From the NCBI GenBank assembly GCA_016209275.1, contig JACQWM010000015.1, positions 1-63,958 on the forward strand: a stretch of DNA of 63,958 nucleotides. The letters are read 5' to 3'. Positions 52,477-62,449 of this stretch are shown here, piece by piece (the first letter of the stretch is position 1; each line of letters opens with the position of its first letter). The position numbers and the translations under genes were made by a program. The stretch comes from Candidatus Omnitrophota bacterium. GTDB taxonomy: Bacteria; Omnitrophota; Gorgyraeia; Aquiviventales; Aquiviventaceae. The notes beneath the pieces were generated by a model. It was given only the letters and a program-made list of their open reading frames with translations, did no database searches and had not been told where the DNA came from.

Positions 52477-53727
52477 CTACGTTCCCACCAACGACACCGC
52501 CGGCCGCGGCTCTTCGATCACGGTCCCTTTGCCGACGACCACGATGCCGGATTCGGTCACATGAAACCGACGACGGTCTTCCTCGAGGTTGTAACCAATC
52601 TCCGCATAGCGCGGAATGATGACGTCTTTATCGATAATCGCCCGACGGATCTTCGCGTACCGCCCGACTTCGACGTGCTCCATCAGAATCGAGTCTTCCA
52701 CCGTCGCGTAACTATTGATGCGCACATCAGGCGAGAGCACGCAGCGCTTGACCTGCCCCCCGCTGATGATGCAGCCATTCGACACGAGCGAATCCAGCAC
52801 CGACCCCACGCGGCCGGTGGCTTCATCGGCGAACACGGTTTTGGCCGGCGGCCACTGCTCATGGTACGTGCGGATCGGCCAGGCGCGGTCATAGAAATTG
52901 AACTGCGGTGTCACTTGCACCAACTCCATGTTGGCCTCGTAATACGCGTCCAAGGTCCCGATGTCGCGCCAATATTTTGAGGTGTGCTTGTTCTCGTCCT
53001 TGAAATGGTACGCCACCACTTTCACGTTGCGGGCCGCGGCCGGCAGCACGTCCCGGCCGAAATCGTGGCTGCTCTCCGCGCGGCGCGCATCGCCCACCAG
53101 CGCGTGCTGCAGGAGCTCCCGATTAAAGACGTAGATGCCCATCGAGGCGAAGCAGCGGTCCGGCTGCCCCGGAAGGGTCTTCGGGCGCTCCGGCTTTTCT
53201 TCAAAGCCGACGACCCGATCGGCCTCGTCCACCTCGACGATCCCGAACCCTTTCGCCCGCGCGAGATCCATCTCGATGACCCCGACCGTCACTTCCGCGC
53301 GCTGCGCCTCATGGAAGGCCACCATCTCCGCGTAATTCATCTTGTAGATGTGATCGCCCGCCAAAACGAGGACCTGATCCGGGTTTTCCTGCTCAATGGA
53401 ATTGATGTTCTGGTAAATCGCATCCGCCGTGCCTAAGTACCAGTGATCGCCGGTGCGCTGCTGAGCCGGAATCACGTCGATATATTCGCCCAGCTCGCTG
53501 TGGAAGATATTCCAGCCCATGATCAGATGCCGCTGCAAGGAGTGGGACTTGTACTGCACGAGCACATGGATTTTCCGAATGCCGGAGTTGATGCAATTGG
53601 AGAGCGTAAAATCGATGATCCGGTACGTGCCGCCGAAAGGCACGGCCGGCTTGGCCCGATCCTTGGTCAGCGGCAGCAGCCGCTCGCCTTTTCCTCCCGC
53701 CATCACAAACGCCAGGATCCGACGCAT
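52477..53727 (-). CDS. glgC: Glucose-1-phosphate adenylyltransferase
   Basis: Trimmed to [33 protein letters not shown]... The 193-aa N-terminal extension in the track lies out of frame over the marC gene. Start ATG shares 1 nt with the marC TGA. Confidence 0.92.
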   Translation of the reverse strand: MRRILAFVMAGGKGERLLPLTKDRAKPAVPFGGTYRIIDFTLSNCINSGIRKIHVLVQYKSHSLQRHLIMGWNIFHSELGEYIDVIPAQQRTGDHWYLGTADAIYQNINSIEQENPDQVLVLAGDHIYKMNYAEMVAFHEAQRAEVTVGVIEMDLARAKGFGIVEVDEADRVVGFEEKPERPKTLPGQPDRCFASMGIYVFNRELLQHALVGDARRAESSHDFGRDVLPAAARNVKVVAYHFKDENKHTSKYWRDIGTLDAYYEANMELVQVTPQFNFYDRAWPIRTYHEQWPPAKTVFADEATGRVGSVLDSLVSNGCIISGGQVKRCVLSPDVRINSYATVEDSILMEHVEVGRYAKIRRAIIDKDVIIPRYAEIGYNLEEDRRRFHVTESGIVVVGKGTVIEEPRPAVSLVGT

Positions 53728-54320
53728 CACAGGATGAGCGGGCGATTCAGCATCGCGCCAATCCCTTCCCGCATCAGCATGATCCCGAAGGCCGTGAGGA
53801 TCAGGCTGGTGATTTTTGAAATGACCTGGGAGCCGTCGCGCCCCAGCCGGCGCATGAGCCACTCGCACGCCTGCAACAGCGCCCAGATGACCAGCATGTT
53901 CGCCACGAGGGCGGCCACGGCCAGCCCCCAGCCGTAGCGCTCCCGCACCAAGATCGTCATCGTCAGCACCGCCGGGCCGGCGAGCAGCGGCACCCCGACG
54001 GGGACGACGCCGACATGGACATCGCGGATCCTCGAGGACTTGCCCGGCATGAGCAGCTCGCGCAGTGAGAGCACAAAGAGAATGGATCCGCCGGCCACCA
54101 TCACGTCGGCCAGCTCCAACCCCATCAGCCGAAACAGCGGCCGGCTCGCCCAGAGAAAGACGGCAGCGACGAGGAACGCGGTCGCCACCGCCTCGGTGGC
54201 GGCGCGCTGCCGCTGCCGGCTGCTCAGGCGATGCGAGAGCTGCCAAAACACCGGCAGCAAGCCCACGCCGTCGAAGGCGATAAACAGCGGCACAAACGCG
54301 TGCCAAAAACGCTCCATCAT
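53727..54320 (-). CDS. marC: MarC-family (UPF0056) integral membrane protein
   Basis: 197 aa, multi-TM; ..[13 protein letters not shown].., ..LLAGPAVLT.. Confidence 0.8.
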   Translation of the reverse strand: MMERFWHAFVPLFIAFDGVGLLPVFWQLSHRLSSRQRQRAATEAVATAFLVAAVFLWASRPLFRLMGLELADVMVAGGSILFVLSLRELLMPGKSSRIRDVHVGVVPVGVPLLAGPAVLTMTILVRERYGWGLAVAALVANMLVIWALLQACEWLMRRLGRDGSQVISKITSLILTAFGIMLMREGIGAMLNRPLIL

Positions 54321-54362
54321 AGGAAGAAATATTATAACGCCAATCGGCGGAGATTGCGAGAG

Positions 54363-56276
54363 CTACGGATCCGACGTGAGGCGCTGCCGGGCGGCTGCCA
54401 GGTTGCGGCGCGCAGCCGCATGGGCGGGCTGTTGCCGCAAGAGCTCCGCGTACTGGGCGATCGCATCAAGCGTCTTCCCTTGATGCAACAGGACATTGCC
54501 GAAATTGAGCCGAGCCTCCGCCAGCGTAGGATCATCGCGGATGGCCGCGGCGTACGCGGCGGCGGCCTCCGCCCAGCGGTCTTGTTGCGCATACGCATTG
54601 CCGAGATTGTACCGGACGGTCGCCGCATGCGGAGCGATCTGCAGCGCGCGGTGATAGGCGGCGATGGCCGCCGACGGCTGTCCGAGCCTCATGTGGACAT
54701 TGGCCGCGTTGTTGTGCGCCTCGATCAGCAAAGGGTTGATCGCCAGCGCGCGCTGGTACCGCCGCATCGCCGCACCCAGATCGCCTTGCTGCTCCAGGAT
54801 CTTGCCGAGATTGCTGTGCGCCTCGGCGTAGTCAGGCTTCAGCTGGAGCGCTCGTGTTAATTGCGCGCGCGCCTCATCGCGCCGTCCAGCGTCGATCAGC
54901 GCATTGCCGAGATACAGACGCGCTCGGGGATTATCCGGGCGCGCCGCCACCGTCGCCGCCCAGATCGCGTCGCTGCTGCGATAGTCGGCGTTTCGCCGAA
55001 TCGTGCGGCTCCCCAGCACGACGACCGACACCGCGAGCAGTCCGGCGGCGATCCGGGGACGCGCAGACGGCGGAGCGAACCGCCCGAGCAGGCGCCATGC
55101 GCCGAGCACGATCAGGGCGATGATCGGAGCCAGCGGCAGATACATGCGGTACTCGCAGGCGGCATCGGCGAGCGGAACGACGCTTGAGCTGAGGGCTAGC
55201 AGCGCCACGGCGATCGCCGCGAGTCCGCCCGCGACCGGCGCTCGGCGCAGCGCCCAGCCAATGAGGATGAGGACCGCCACGCATCCCAGCGCCGCCGGCC
55301 ACACATCAGCCAACCGGGTGCTGAGCGGCCACGCGTAATCCAGTGCGAGCGGCGAAGGCCACACGACAAGCCGCAGATAATGCCACACGACCTTCGTCTG
55401 CGTGAGCAGGTAGGCCCATGGGGTGACCGGCTGATACGGGAAGCTGGCCTCCGGCGCTGCCAGGACGGTGATGAACGGCAACACCCCGCCGATGATCGCG
55501 CACACCGTGATCAGGGAGAGGAACAGGGAGCGGCGCTGACACCGCGCATCTGCCTCTGTTCGTGATAGGACAAACCGATCGTACGCGAAGGCGACGAACG
55601 GCAAGGTGGCCATGCTTGGCTTGCTGGCCATGCCGAGCCCGCACCAGACCACGGCCGCCATGCGCCACCTTCGAGGATGCGCCGCCTCAGCGCTGCGGAT
55701 GACGCTGTAGAGCGCGGCACAATAGCAAAGCCCCATCAACGATTCGGAGCGTTGGATGATGTAGGTGACGCTCGCGGTCTGCAGCGGATGGACCAGCCAG
55801 ATCAGGGCCACCGCCAGTGCGAGCCCCTCGGCAGCGCCTGAGGTGCCCGGCCCTTCAGGAAGCCTCTGGCGCATCCTGATGGTTCGGCGGGCGATGCCGA
55901 AGAGCGCCAGCGACGCGGCAAGATGAATCGCCAGGTTCACCGCGTGATACCCCCACACCGTCACCCCGCCCAACGCGTAGTTGAGGGCCAGCGTGAAGGT
56001 AATGAGCGGGCGGCCGTTGAATGCGCCGCGCTCGGCCGCCGTCAAGACATCCCACAACGGCCAGAGATGGTGGACGTGCCGATTCGTCACGATCGCGGGA
56101 ATATCGTCGAAGATGAACGGCCCGCCGAAACTATTGTGGTACGCCCAGAGCCCGGTGAGAATGATTAAAATCTTAAACCATGAGGACGCAGATTGCGGCA
56201 GATGGCTTCGCAGATGACCGCTGATCCGCGGAAATCTGCGCTGAGAATCAGCGGTGATCGGCGTTATCGGCATCAA
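54363..56276 (-). CDS. Membrane PMT/TMTC-like glycosyltransferase-type domain fused to C-terminal TPR repeats; start uncertain
   Basis: 637-aa ORF. ..NSFGGPFIFDDIPAIVTN.. followed by about 10 TM segments, then TPR repeats (..LGNALIDAGRRDEARAQLTRALQLKPDYAEAHSNLG..). The first ~30 codons are encoded by the CGCAGAT repeat and overlap the upstream gene. Confidence 0.7.
   Translation of the reverse strand: MMPITPITADSQRRFPRISGHLRSHLPQSASSWFKILIILTGLWAYHNSFGGPFIFDDIPAIVTNRHVHHLWPLWDVLTAAERGAFNGRPLITFTLALNYALGGVTVWGYHAVNLAIHLAASLALFGIARRTIRMRQRLPEGPGTSGAAEGLALAVALIWLVHPLQTASVTYIIQRSESLMGLCYCAALYSVIRSAEAAHPRRWRMAAVVWCGLGMASKPSMATLPFVAFAYDRFVLSRTEADARCQRRSLFLSLITVCAIIGGVLPFITVLAAPEASFPYQPVTPWAYLLTQTKVVWHYLRLVVWPSPLALDYAWPLSTRLADVWPAALGCVAVLILIGWALRRAPVAGGLAAIAVALLALSSSVVPLADAACEYRMYLPLAPIIALIVLGAWRLLGRFAPPSARPRIAAGLLAVSVVVLGSRTIRRNADYRSSDAIWAATVAARPDNPRARLYLGNALIDAGRRDEARAQLTRALQLKPDYAEAHSNLGKILEQQGDLGAAMRRYQRALAINPLLIEAHNNAANVHMRLGQPSAAIAAYHRALQIAPHAATVRYNLGNAYAQQDRWAEAAAAYAAAIRDDPTLAEARLNFGNVLLHQGKTLDAIAQYAELLRQQPAHAAARRNLAAARQRLTSDP
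56187..56259. repeat. CGCAGAT-family element, copy 2
   Basis: CGCAGAT 56187, GGCAGAT 56197, CGCAGAT 56209, ATCTGCG 56234, plus CCGCTGAT/ATCAGCGG inverted arms. Confidence 0.85.
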
Positions 56277-57015
56277 GATCTAGGGCGGCACTGCGAAGCA
56301 GCAGCTGGGTATACGCCTGCTGCGGCTGCGTGGTGATCAACTCGGTCGGTCCGACCTCGACGAAGCGGCCGCGGCGCATCACGGCGATGCGCTCACACAA
56401 GGACGCCACGGCCCGCACATCATGGGAGATGAAGAGCAGCGCCATCGTTCGCCGCTGCGAGAGATCGCGCAAGAGGTCGATGATCTGCGCGCCCACCGAG
56501 ACATCCAAGGAGGCAATGGGCTCATCGCAGATCACGGCATCAGGTTCAACCGAGAGTGCCCGCGCAATCCCCACCCGCTGACGCTCCCCCCCGCTGAGCT
56601 GACGCGGATACCGCGCCGCGAATGAGGCGGGCAGCTTGACGGCCTCCAGAAGCTCTGCGACCCGCCGGCGCAAGGCAACCCCTCGAGCCAATCGGTGGAT
56701 GACCAAGCCTTCGCCAACCGTCTCTCGCACCGTCATGCGAGGATTCAGGCTATTCATCGGGTTCTGAAACACGTATTGGATCCGCCCAGATCGCCGAACT
56801 TCCCCGCGGGTCGGAGGGAGCAAGCCAACCATGATTTTCGCCAAGGTGGTCTTCCCGCACCCGGACTCTCCAACGATGCCGAACCGTTCCCCCGGCAGAA
56901 GGCGGCACGTCACCCCATCAACGGCAGGAATCGCCGGCAGGCTCCGCCCCCACAGCGCCGCCCGGGGATGAAACCTCTTCTCAACAGCCATCGCGTCGAT
57001 CACCGCGTCAGCCAT
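56248..57015 (-). CDS. Peptide ABC transporter ATP-binding protein (OppF/DppF-like, short form)
   Basis: Walker A GESGCGKTT, signature LSGGERQR, Walker B ..VICDEP.. Confidence 0.85.
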   Translation of the reverse strand: MADAVIDAMAVEKRFHPRAALWGRSLPAIPAVDGVTCRLLPGERFGIVGESGCGKTTLAKIMVGLLPPTRGEVRRSGRIQYVFQNPMNSLNPRMTVRETVGEGLVIHRLARGVALRRRVAELLEAVKLPASFAARYPRQLSGGERQRVGIARALSVEPDAVICDEPIASLDVSVGAQIIDLLRDLSQRRTMALLFISHDVRAVASLCERIAVMRRGRFVEVGPTELITTQPQQAYTQLLLRSAALDLDADNADHR

Positions 57016-57751
57016 GCGCCTTCCGCAAGACCTCGGATGTTGATCCCAACGCCATCAGCCGGCCGGCCTTCATCACGCCCACGCGGTGTGCTAGCCGCTC
57101 CACCACGAGCAGATCATGCGTGATCAGCAGGACCGCCAGGTTCAGCCGTCGCTGGAGGTCGCGCAGGAGGCGCAAGATGTGCACCTGCACGGTCACATCG
57201 AGCGCCGTCGTGGGCTCATCAGCCACCAGCAGAACCGGCGCAGCGGCCAACGCCATGGCGAGCATGACGCGCTGCTGCATGCCGCCGGAAAATTCATGCG
57301 GGTAGGCTGACATCCGTCCGGCAGCCGAATCCATTCCCACGCGTTGCAGCCACTCCACCGCCAGCGCGCGGGCGGTGATCCCGCGCGATGCCGTATGCAG
57401 CCTCATAGCTTCGATGAGCTGCTCGCCGATCGTCAGCACAGGATTCAGCGAGGTGGCCGGCTCTTGAAACACATACGCGATCTTCCCGCCGCGGATCGCG
57501 CGCAATTGCGCAGGCGACGCCTCGAGGAGATTGGCCCCCTCCATCATCACCCGGCCGGAGATCACCGCCGGCGGAACCGGCAGCAGGCGGGTCAGGGCCA
57601 GGGCCACACTGCTCTTGCCTGAACCGGATTCACCGACGAGGGCGAGGATTTCGCCGGGCTCCACGTCAAAGCTGACCCCGCGCACCGCCGTGGTCAGTTG
57701 ATCACGGCTCCGGTACGACACAGAAAGGCTCTCAATGCTCAATAATGACAT
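57008..57751 (-). CDS. Peptide ABC transporter ATP-binding protein (OppD/DppD-like, short form)
   Basis: Walker A GESGSGKSS, signature FSGGMQQR, Walker B ..LLVADEPTTALD.. Confidence 0.85.
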   Translation of the reverse strand: MSLLSIESLSVSYRSRDQLTTAVRGVSFDVEPGEILALVGESGSGKSSVALALTRLLPVPPAVISGRVMMEGANLLEASPAQLRAIRGGKIAYVFQEPATSLNPVLTIGEQLIEAMRLHTASRGITARALAVEWLQRVGMDSAAGRMSAYPHEFSGGMQQRVMLAMALAAAPVLLVADEPTTALDVTVQVHILRLLRDLQRRLNLAVLLITHDLLVVERLAHRVGVMKAGRLMALGSTSEVLRKAHG

Positions 57752-57762
57752 AGCTTCCAGGC

Positions 57763-57797
57763 GATCTCAGATATCGCGATGCGCGATATCTGAGATC
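57763..57797. repeat. GATATCAGATATC-family palindrome, copy 7 (variant GATCTCAGATATC)
   Basis: GATCTCAGATATCGCG-atg-CGCGATATCTGAGATC. Both arms carry the same A-to-C variant. Overlaps the permease stop. Confidence 0.9.
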
Positions 57798-58593
57798 AGA
57801 CCTTGCTGATCCGCTCGCGGATTCCTTCCCCCAAGAGGTTAAACGCCAACACCGTCACCAGAATGCACAGCCCCGGGCACACGGTCAGCCACCACGCGAT
57901 CCCGAGCGCGATCCGTCCTTCATTGAGGATATTGCCCCAGCTCGGCGTGGGCGGCTGCACGCCTAAGCCGAGGAAGCTGAGCGCTGATTCCGTCAGAATC
58001 GCCCCGCCGACCCCAAGTGTCGCGGCGACCAGCACCGGGGCGATGGCATTCGGCAGCAAATGCCGGCACAGCAGCCTGGCGGAGGAGGCGCCGAGCACGC
58101 GGGCCGCCAGCACAAACTCCCGCTCTTTCAAACTCAGCAATTCCGCGCGGACGAGCCGCGCGACCCCCATCCAACTGGTGAGGCCGATCACCACCATGAT
58201 CAGCTCAATGCTCGGCCCCACCAGCGCGATGACCGCGAGCAACAGGAAGACCGTGGGAATCGACAGCATCGTGTCAACCAGGCGCATGAGCACCGCATCA
58301 ACCCATCCGCCAAAGAAGCCTGCGCACGCGCCGAGCAAGGTGCCGACCACCACCGCGATGCTAACCGCGATGACGCCGACCAGCAACGAAATGCGCGCCC
58401 CCCACATCAGGCGGCTCATGACATCGCGGCCAAGCTGATCGGTGCCCAGCCAATGCGCCATCGACGGCGGCTCAAGGGCCTGCGAAAGATTCACGTGGGT
58501 CGGATCGCACGGAGCAAGCCACGGCGCCGCCACTGCCACGAAGAAGACAACCAGCAACACCACCGCTCCGACAACCGCCGCGCGAGTACTCAT
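57796..58593 (-). CDS. Peptide ABC transporter permease (OppC/DppC-like)
   Basis: 265 aa; ..LGTDQLGRDVMSRL.., EAA-type loop ..EREFVLAARVLGAS.. Confidence 0.88.
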   Translation of the reverse strand: MSTRAAVVGAVVLLVVFFVAVAAPWLAPCDPTHVNLSQALEPPSMAHWLGTDQLGRDVMSRLMWGARISLLVGVIAVSIAVVVGTLLGACAGFFGGWVDAVLMRLVDTMLSIPTVFLLLAVIALVGPSIELIMVVIGLTSWMGVARLVRAELLSLKEREFVLAARVLGASSARLLCRHLLPNAIAPVLVAATLGVGGAILTESALSFLGLGVQPPTPSWGNILNEGRIALGIAWWLTVCPGLCILVTVLAFNLLGEGIRERISKV

Positions 58594-58600
58594 CCTAATG

Positions 58601-58670
58601 GATTTCCGATTGTCGATTGAAAATCACACATCGACAATGAATCGTCAATCGAACATCGTCAATCGTCAAT
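58601..58670. repeat. Phase-7 repeat array GATTNNN x3 .. CGTCAAT-type x5, with an internal palindrome ATTGTCGAT..ATCGACAAT
   Basis: GATTTCC GATTGTC GATTGAA AATCACA CATCGAC AATGAAT CGTCAAT CGAACAT CGTCAAT CGTCAAT, between the two permease genes. Confidence 0.85.
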
Positions 58671-58671
58671 G

Positions 58672-59652
58672 TCATGTGGTTTTGCCGACGCGGATGCGTG
58701 GATCAGCCGCCGCATACGCGATGTCGGCGAGCGCATTGCCGATCAGCGTCAGCACGGCTCCGATGGTCACGAGCGCCATCACCACGGGATAATCCCGAGC
58801 CATCACCGCGTCATACAGCAGCCGCCCCATCCCTGGGATGGAGAAAATGGTCTCCGCAATGACGCTGCCGCCGATCAGATCCGGCACGGACAGACCCAGG
58901 ATCGTGATCAACGGCAGCAGCGCGTTGCGCAACCCGTGATGGAACAGCACGCGCGACTCCGCGACCCCCTTCGCTCTCGCCGTCCTGATGTAGTCCGCGC
59001 GCAGCACCTCGGCCATACTGGAGCGCATGTAGCGAGAGAGGCCGGCCAGGCTGGCAAACGCCGTCATCCCGACCGGCAAGACGAGATGCCAGGCCAAGTC
59101 AGCGCCGCGCTGCCACCATGGGAATGATTCATAGTCGACGGTATGCATGCCGGAAATTGGCAGCCATCCCAGCCGCACCCCGAAGAACTCCATGCCCAGG
59201 AGGGCCAACCAAAATGTCGGGATGGAGTACCCGACAAACACGAACACCGTTGTGGCCTGGTCAAAACGGCTGCCTGGAGAGGCGGCCGCGAGGACGCCCA
59301 GCGGGATGGCGATGATGAGGATGAGTGCCAGCGAGGCGATATTAATCGTCAGGGTGACCGGCAGCCGCTCCAAAATTTTCTCACCGACGGGGCGATCATC
59401 AAGAAATGAGCGGCCAAAATCGAGCTGAACGACTCGGCGGAGCCACCCAAGATACTGACGGATGAGCGGCTGGTCCAAGCCGTAGAGCTGCGCTAATCGT
59501 TGGCGGACTTCGAGGGAGACCTTGGGGTTGAACGCCCCGGCCGCATCCACCGGCTTGCCCGGGGCCAGATGCATGATGCCGAATGACACCACGGTAATGA
59601 GGAAAAGGATGGGGACGAGACCGATGAGACGACGCACCAGATATGTCAGCAT
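58672..59652 (-). CDS. Peptide ABC transporter permease (OppB/DppB-like)
   Basis: MLTYLVRRLIGLVPILFLITVVSFGIMHLAPG..; ..ADYIRTARAKG.. Confidence 0.9.
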   Translation of the reverse strand: MLTYLVRRLIGLVPILFLITVVSFGIMHLAPGKPVDAAGAFNPKVSLEVRQRLAQLYGLDQPLIRQYLGWLRRVVQLDFGRSFLDDRPVGEKILERLPVTLTINIASLALILIIAIPLGVLAAASPGSRFDQATTVFVFVGYSIPTFWLALLGMEFFGVRLGWLPISGMHTVDYESFPWWQRGADLAWHLVLPVGMTAFASLAGLSRYMRSSMAEVLRADYIRTARAKGVAESRVLFHHGLRNALLPLITILGLSVPDLIGGSVIAETIFSIPGMGRLLYDAVMARDYPVVMALVTIGAVLTLIGNALADIAYAAADPRIRVGKTT

Positions 59653-59676
59653 TCACATCGCGCGGTCGTTCATCGT

Positions 59677-61284
59677 TCAGGGGACAAGTTGTTTGCTCTT
59701 GTAGCGCTGCTCGGCGGAAGGGACGTACCAGTCGATGAAATTGTGGCCGATGCCAATCGGTGTCGCGCGCACACGGCGAAAGCGCGAGGCGACGATCGGC
59801 AGCGCATCGCTGACGAACAGAAACGTGTAGGGTTGATCCTCATACAGCCGCCGATGCACCTCATGATAAATGCGCTCGCGCTCGACCCGATCAAAGACGC
59901 GCCGCCCGTCCTCAAGCAGCCGATCCACGTCGCGATTGGCATAGCCGACAAAATTGTACTGCCCTTCCTTGGTTTCTGAGGAATGGAACAAGCTGAAGAG
60001 ATCCGGATCGCGCGAGAGGTTCCAGGCCAGCAAGACGGCCTCAAAGCGGCGCTTATCGATGAACTCATGGACGAACACGCTCCATTCCACGACGCGGATG
60101 TTCATCTCGATGCCAATCGTCCTGAGGTGCTGTTGGATGAGCTCCGCCACCTGCTGCCGCACCTCATTTTGATTCGTCAGCAGCGTGAAGCGAAACGGCG
60201 CCCCAGCCTTGTCGATCACGCCATCGCCGTCATGATCCGCCCACCCGGCAGCGGCAAGCAGGCGCTTCGCCGATGCCAGATCCCGAGGCGCTGGGATCAC
60301 GGAGGGATCATAGGCCCACGACTCTTTGGGATACGGGCCGGTCGCCACCTGGCCTAACCCATAGAGCACCCCGTCGACGATCGCTTGCTTATCCAGGGCG
60401 AGGTTGATGGCTTGGCGGACCCGGACATCCCGAAACCGCTCATCGGCGAGATTGTAGCCGACATAGGTAAAGCCGAAGGAGGGATAGCGAAACTTCTGGT
60501 AGGACCGGCTGATCGCCGGCCGATTCGTGAGTTTGGTGAATTGCAGCGGTGTCAGGCTCGTCGAATCAACCCCGCGGGTCAGCAGCTCAAGAAACAGCGT
60601 GGTCTGATCCGGGATGACGCGATAGAGATACCGATCAATCCACGGCCGATGCTCGAAATAATCCGGGTTCGCCGCCAGCTCGATGAGCTCGCCGGTCTTC
60701 CAACGGACGAACCGATACGGGCCATGGCCGATGGGACGGCGAAGCAGCGGTGTGCGGCTGACGTCGTCATGCTCCAGCAGATGCTCAGGCATCACCCCGA
60801 TCATCCAGCTTTCGAGGGCCGGGGAAAATGGCTCCCGATAGGTGACGCGGACGGTGCGCGCATCCAGGACCTCAACCGATTTCACCAGCGCGTAGTTGCT
60901 GGAAAACGGCGTGGGCACGGCAGGATCGATGAGCTTTTGATACGTAAACCGGACATCCCTGGCGGTGACCGGCACACCATCATGCCATCGCACGTTGGGC
61001 CGCAAGACAAACGTGATGGTCATGCCGTCAGGGCTGACGTCCCATGACTCGGCCAGGTCCCCGACGATGTCCAGCCGCTCGTTGTATTTCAGCAAGCCGT
61101 TGAAGAGGAGGCCGACGATGTCTCCCGAGGCGGAATCGGAGGCGAGAATCGGCAACAGCCGGCTGGCGTCGCCGATCGATCCTTCAATGATCGCATCCCC
61201 AGCCACCGGATGGTCCTGCGCGGCGTCGCACAGCGAAGGGGTGAGGAGGAGTGTGAACAGCAACACTCCTCGGCGAACTGTCAC
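59677..61284 (-). CDS. ABC transporter substrate-binding protein, family 5 (peptide/nickel)
   Basis: 535 aa; signal peptide; ..LAESWDVSPDGMTITFVLRPNVRWHDG.. Confidence 0.88.
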   Translation of the reverse strand: MTVRRGVLLFTLLLTPSLCDAAQDHPVAGDAIIEGSIGDASRLLPILASDSASGDIVGLLFNGLLKYNERLDIVGDLAESWDVSPDGMTITFVLRPNVRWHDGVPVTARDVRFTYQKLIDPAVPTPFSSNYALVKSVEVLDARTVRVTYREPFSPALESWMIGVMPEHLLEHDDVSRTPLLRRPIGHGPYRFVRWKTGELIELAANPDYFEHRPWIDRYLYRVIPDQTTLFLELLTRGVDSTSLTPLQFTKLTNRPAISRSYQKFRYPSFGFTYVGYNLADERFRDVRVRQAINLALDKQAIVDGVLYGLGQVATGPYPKESWAYDPSVIPAPRDLASAKRLLAAAGWADHDGDGVIDKAGAPFRFTLLTNQNEVRQQVAELIQQHLRTIGIEMNIRVVEWSVFVHEFIDKRRFEAVLLAWNLSRDPDLFSLFHSSETKEGQYNFVGYANRDVDRLLEDGRRVFDRVERERIYHEVHRRLYEDQPYTFLFVSDALPIVASRFRRVRATPIGIGHNFIDWYVPSAEQRYKSKQLVP

Positions 61285-61670
61285 TATGGCGTGGTGGTCG
61301 AAGGCGGTGCGCTGGATGGTGTGCTCGGCGCCGTCGTGGTCGGTGCTGCTGGAGTCGCAGGTGTGGGGATCGAGGGTGTTCCTGGTGGCAAGGCCGCCGG
61401 CAATTGATCAATGGACATGGGCAGTTGCTCAGTCACCGAGCGCCCGCGCGCGCTGGAGAGCACCGCCAGCGACAGGCACGTCACCATAAACAGCGCGGCG
61501 ACCCCGGCCGTGAGTTTTGTCATCACCAGGTTGGCTCCGCCGCCGAACAATGATTGCGCCGCGACTCCGCCCATCGTCTCCGCCATGCCGCCGCGCCCTC
61601 CCTGCAGCAGCACGACGATGACGAGAAACAACGCCACGAGCACATGGATCACCATCACGAGTCCGTACAT
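61284..61670 (-). CDS. secG: Preprotein translocase subunit SecG with a Pro/Thr/Ala-rich tail
   Basis: [47 protein letters not shown].. Confidence 0.85.
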   Translation of the reverse strand: MYGLVMVIHVLVALFLVIVVLLQGGRGGMAETMGGVAAQSLFGGGANLVMTKLTAGVAALFMVTCLSLAVLSSARGRSVTEQLPMSIDQLPAALPPGTPSIPTPATPAAPTTTAPSTPSSAPPSTTTP

Positions 61671-62449
61671 TATTTCACCACCACTTTCGCTTCGGCTGCC
61701 GCCTTGACGATCGCTGAAAACGCCTCGTCCTTGAGACTGGCCCCGCCGACGAGGGCCCCGTCCACATCAGGCTGCTGCAGCACGCTGAGCGCATTCGAGG
61801 CGTTCACGCTGCCGCCGTATTGAATCCGCACCCGCGCAGCGGTCGCTGGCGCGACCGACTGGCCAATCCATTGCCGCACAAACGCATGGGCCACTTGAGC
61901 CTGCTCAGGGGTTGCGTTGCGGCCGGTGCCGATCGCCCAGACCGGCTCATACGCGATCGTGACTCGATCCCATCCGGCGGCGGCGATACCGTTGAACCCG
62001 GCCTCGAGCTGGCGCCTCAGCACGTCCAGTGTTCGACCCGCATCCCGCTCGGCCAAGGTTTCGCCGATGCAGACGATCGGAGCCAAGCCGTGTTTCAGCG
62101 CTGCGCCCAATTTGCTGTTCACCATTTCATCGGTCTCGCCGAACACCGTGCGCCGCTCGGAGTGCCCGATGAGCACGATCGCGCAGCCGGCGTCTTTGAG
62201 CATCGCGGCGGAGATTTCGCCGGTGAACGCGCCCTGCGGCTCCCAAAACAGATTTTGGGCCCCGACGCGGATGCGCGAGCTCCGGGCGGCGCTGGCGGCG
62301 GCGGACAACGCCGTAAACGGAGGGCAGACCGCGACATCCACCGCCTCGGTGTCGCACGAGGCCTTCAGCCGCTGGATGAGCGCTTGCGACTCCGCAATCG
62401 TCAGGTGCATTTTCCAGTTGCCACAAATGAAAGGCTTTCTCGTGATCAT
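61670..62449 (-). CDS. tpiA: Triose-phosphate isomerase
   Basis: ..[12 protein letters not shown].., ..IGHSERR.., ..[10 protein letters not shown].. Confidence 0.95.
   Translation of the reverse strand: MITRKPFICGNWKMHLTIAESQALIQRLKASCDTEAVDVAVCPPFTALSAAASAARSSRIRVGAQNLFWEPQGAFTGEISAAMLKDAGCAIVLIGHSERRTVFGETDEMVNSKLGAALKHGLAPIVCIGETLAERDAGRTLDVLRRQLEAGFNGIAAAGWDRVTIAYEPVWAIGTGRNATPEQAQVAHAFVRQWIGQSVAPATAARVRIQYGGSVNASNALSVLQQPDVDGALVGGASLKDEAFSAIVKAAAEAKVVVK

Noticed and set aside
52477-54306. Long N-terminal extensions in the ORF track: glgC as 609 aa, rplM to 46080, folK to 31803, argF to 40478, argD to 41656, argG to 39469, thiG to 52473, panD to 30316, the TPR protein to 25965 and pilB to 16106.
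   Set aside because: The extensions overlap the well-supported upstream gene in another frame and are Arg/Pro/Gly-rich with no homology signal. Conserved N-termini begin at internal ATGs immediately after, or overlapping, the upstream stop. Coordinates were trimmed accordingly.
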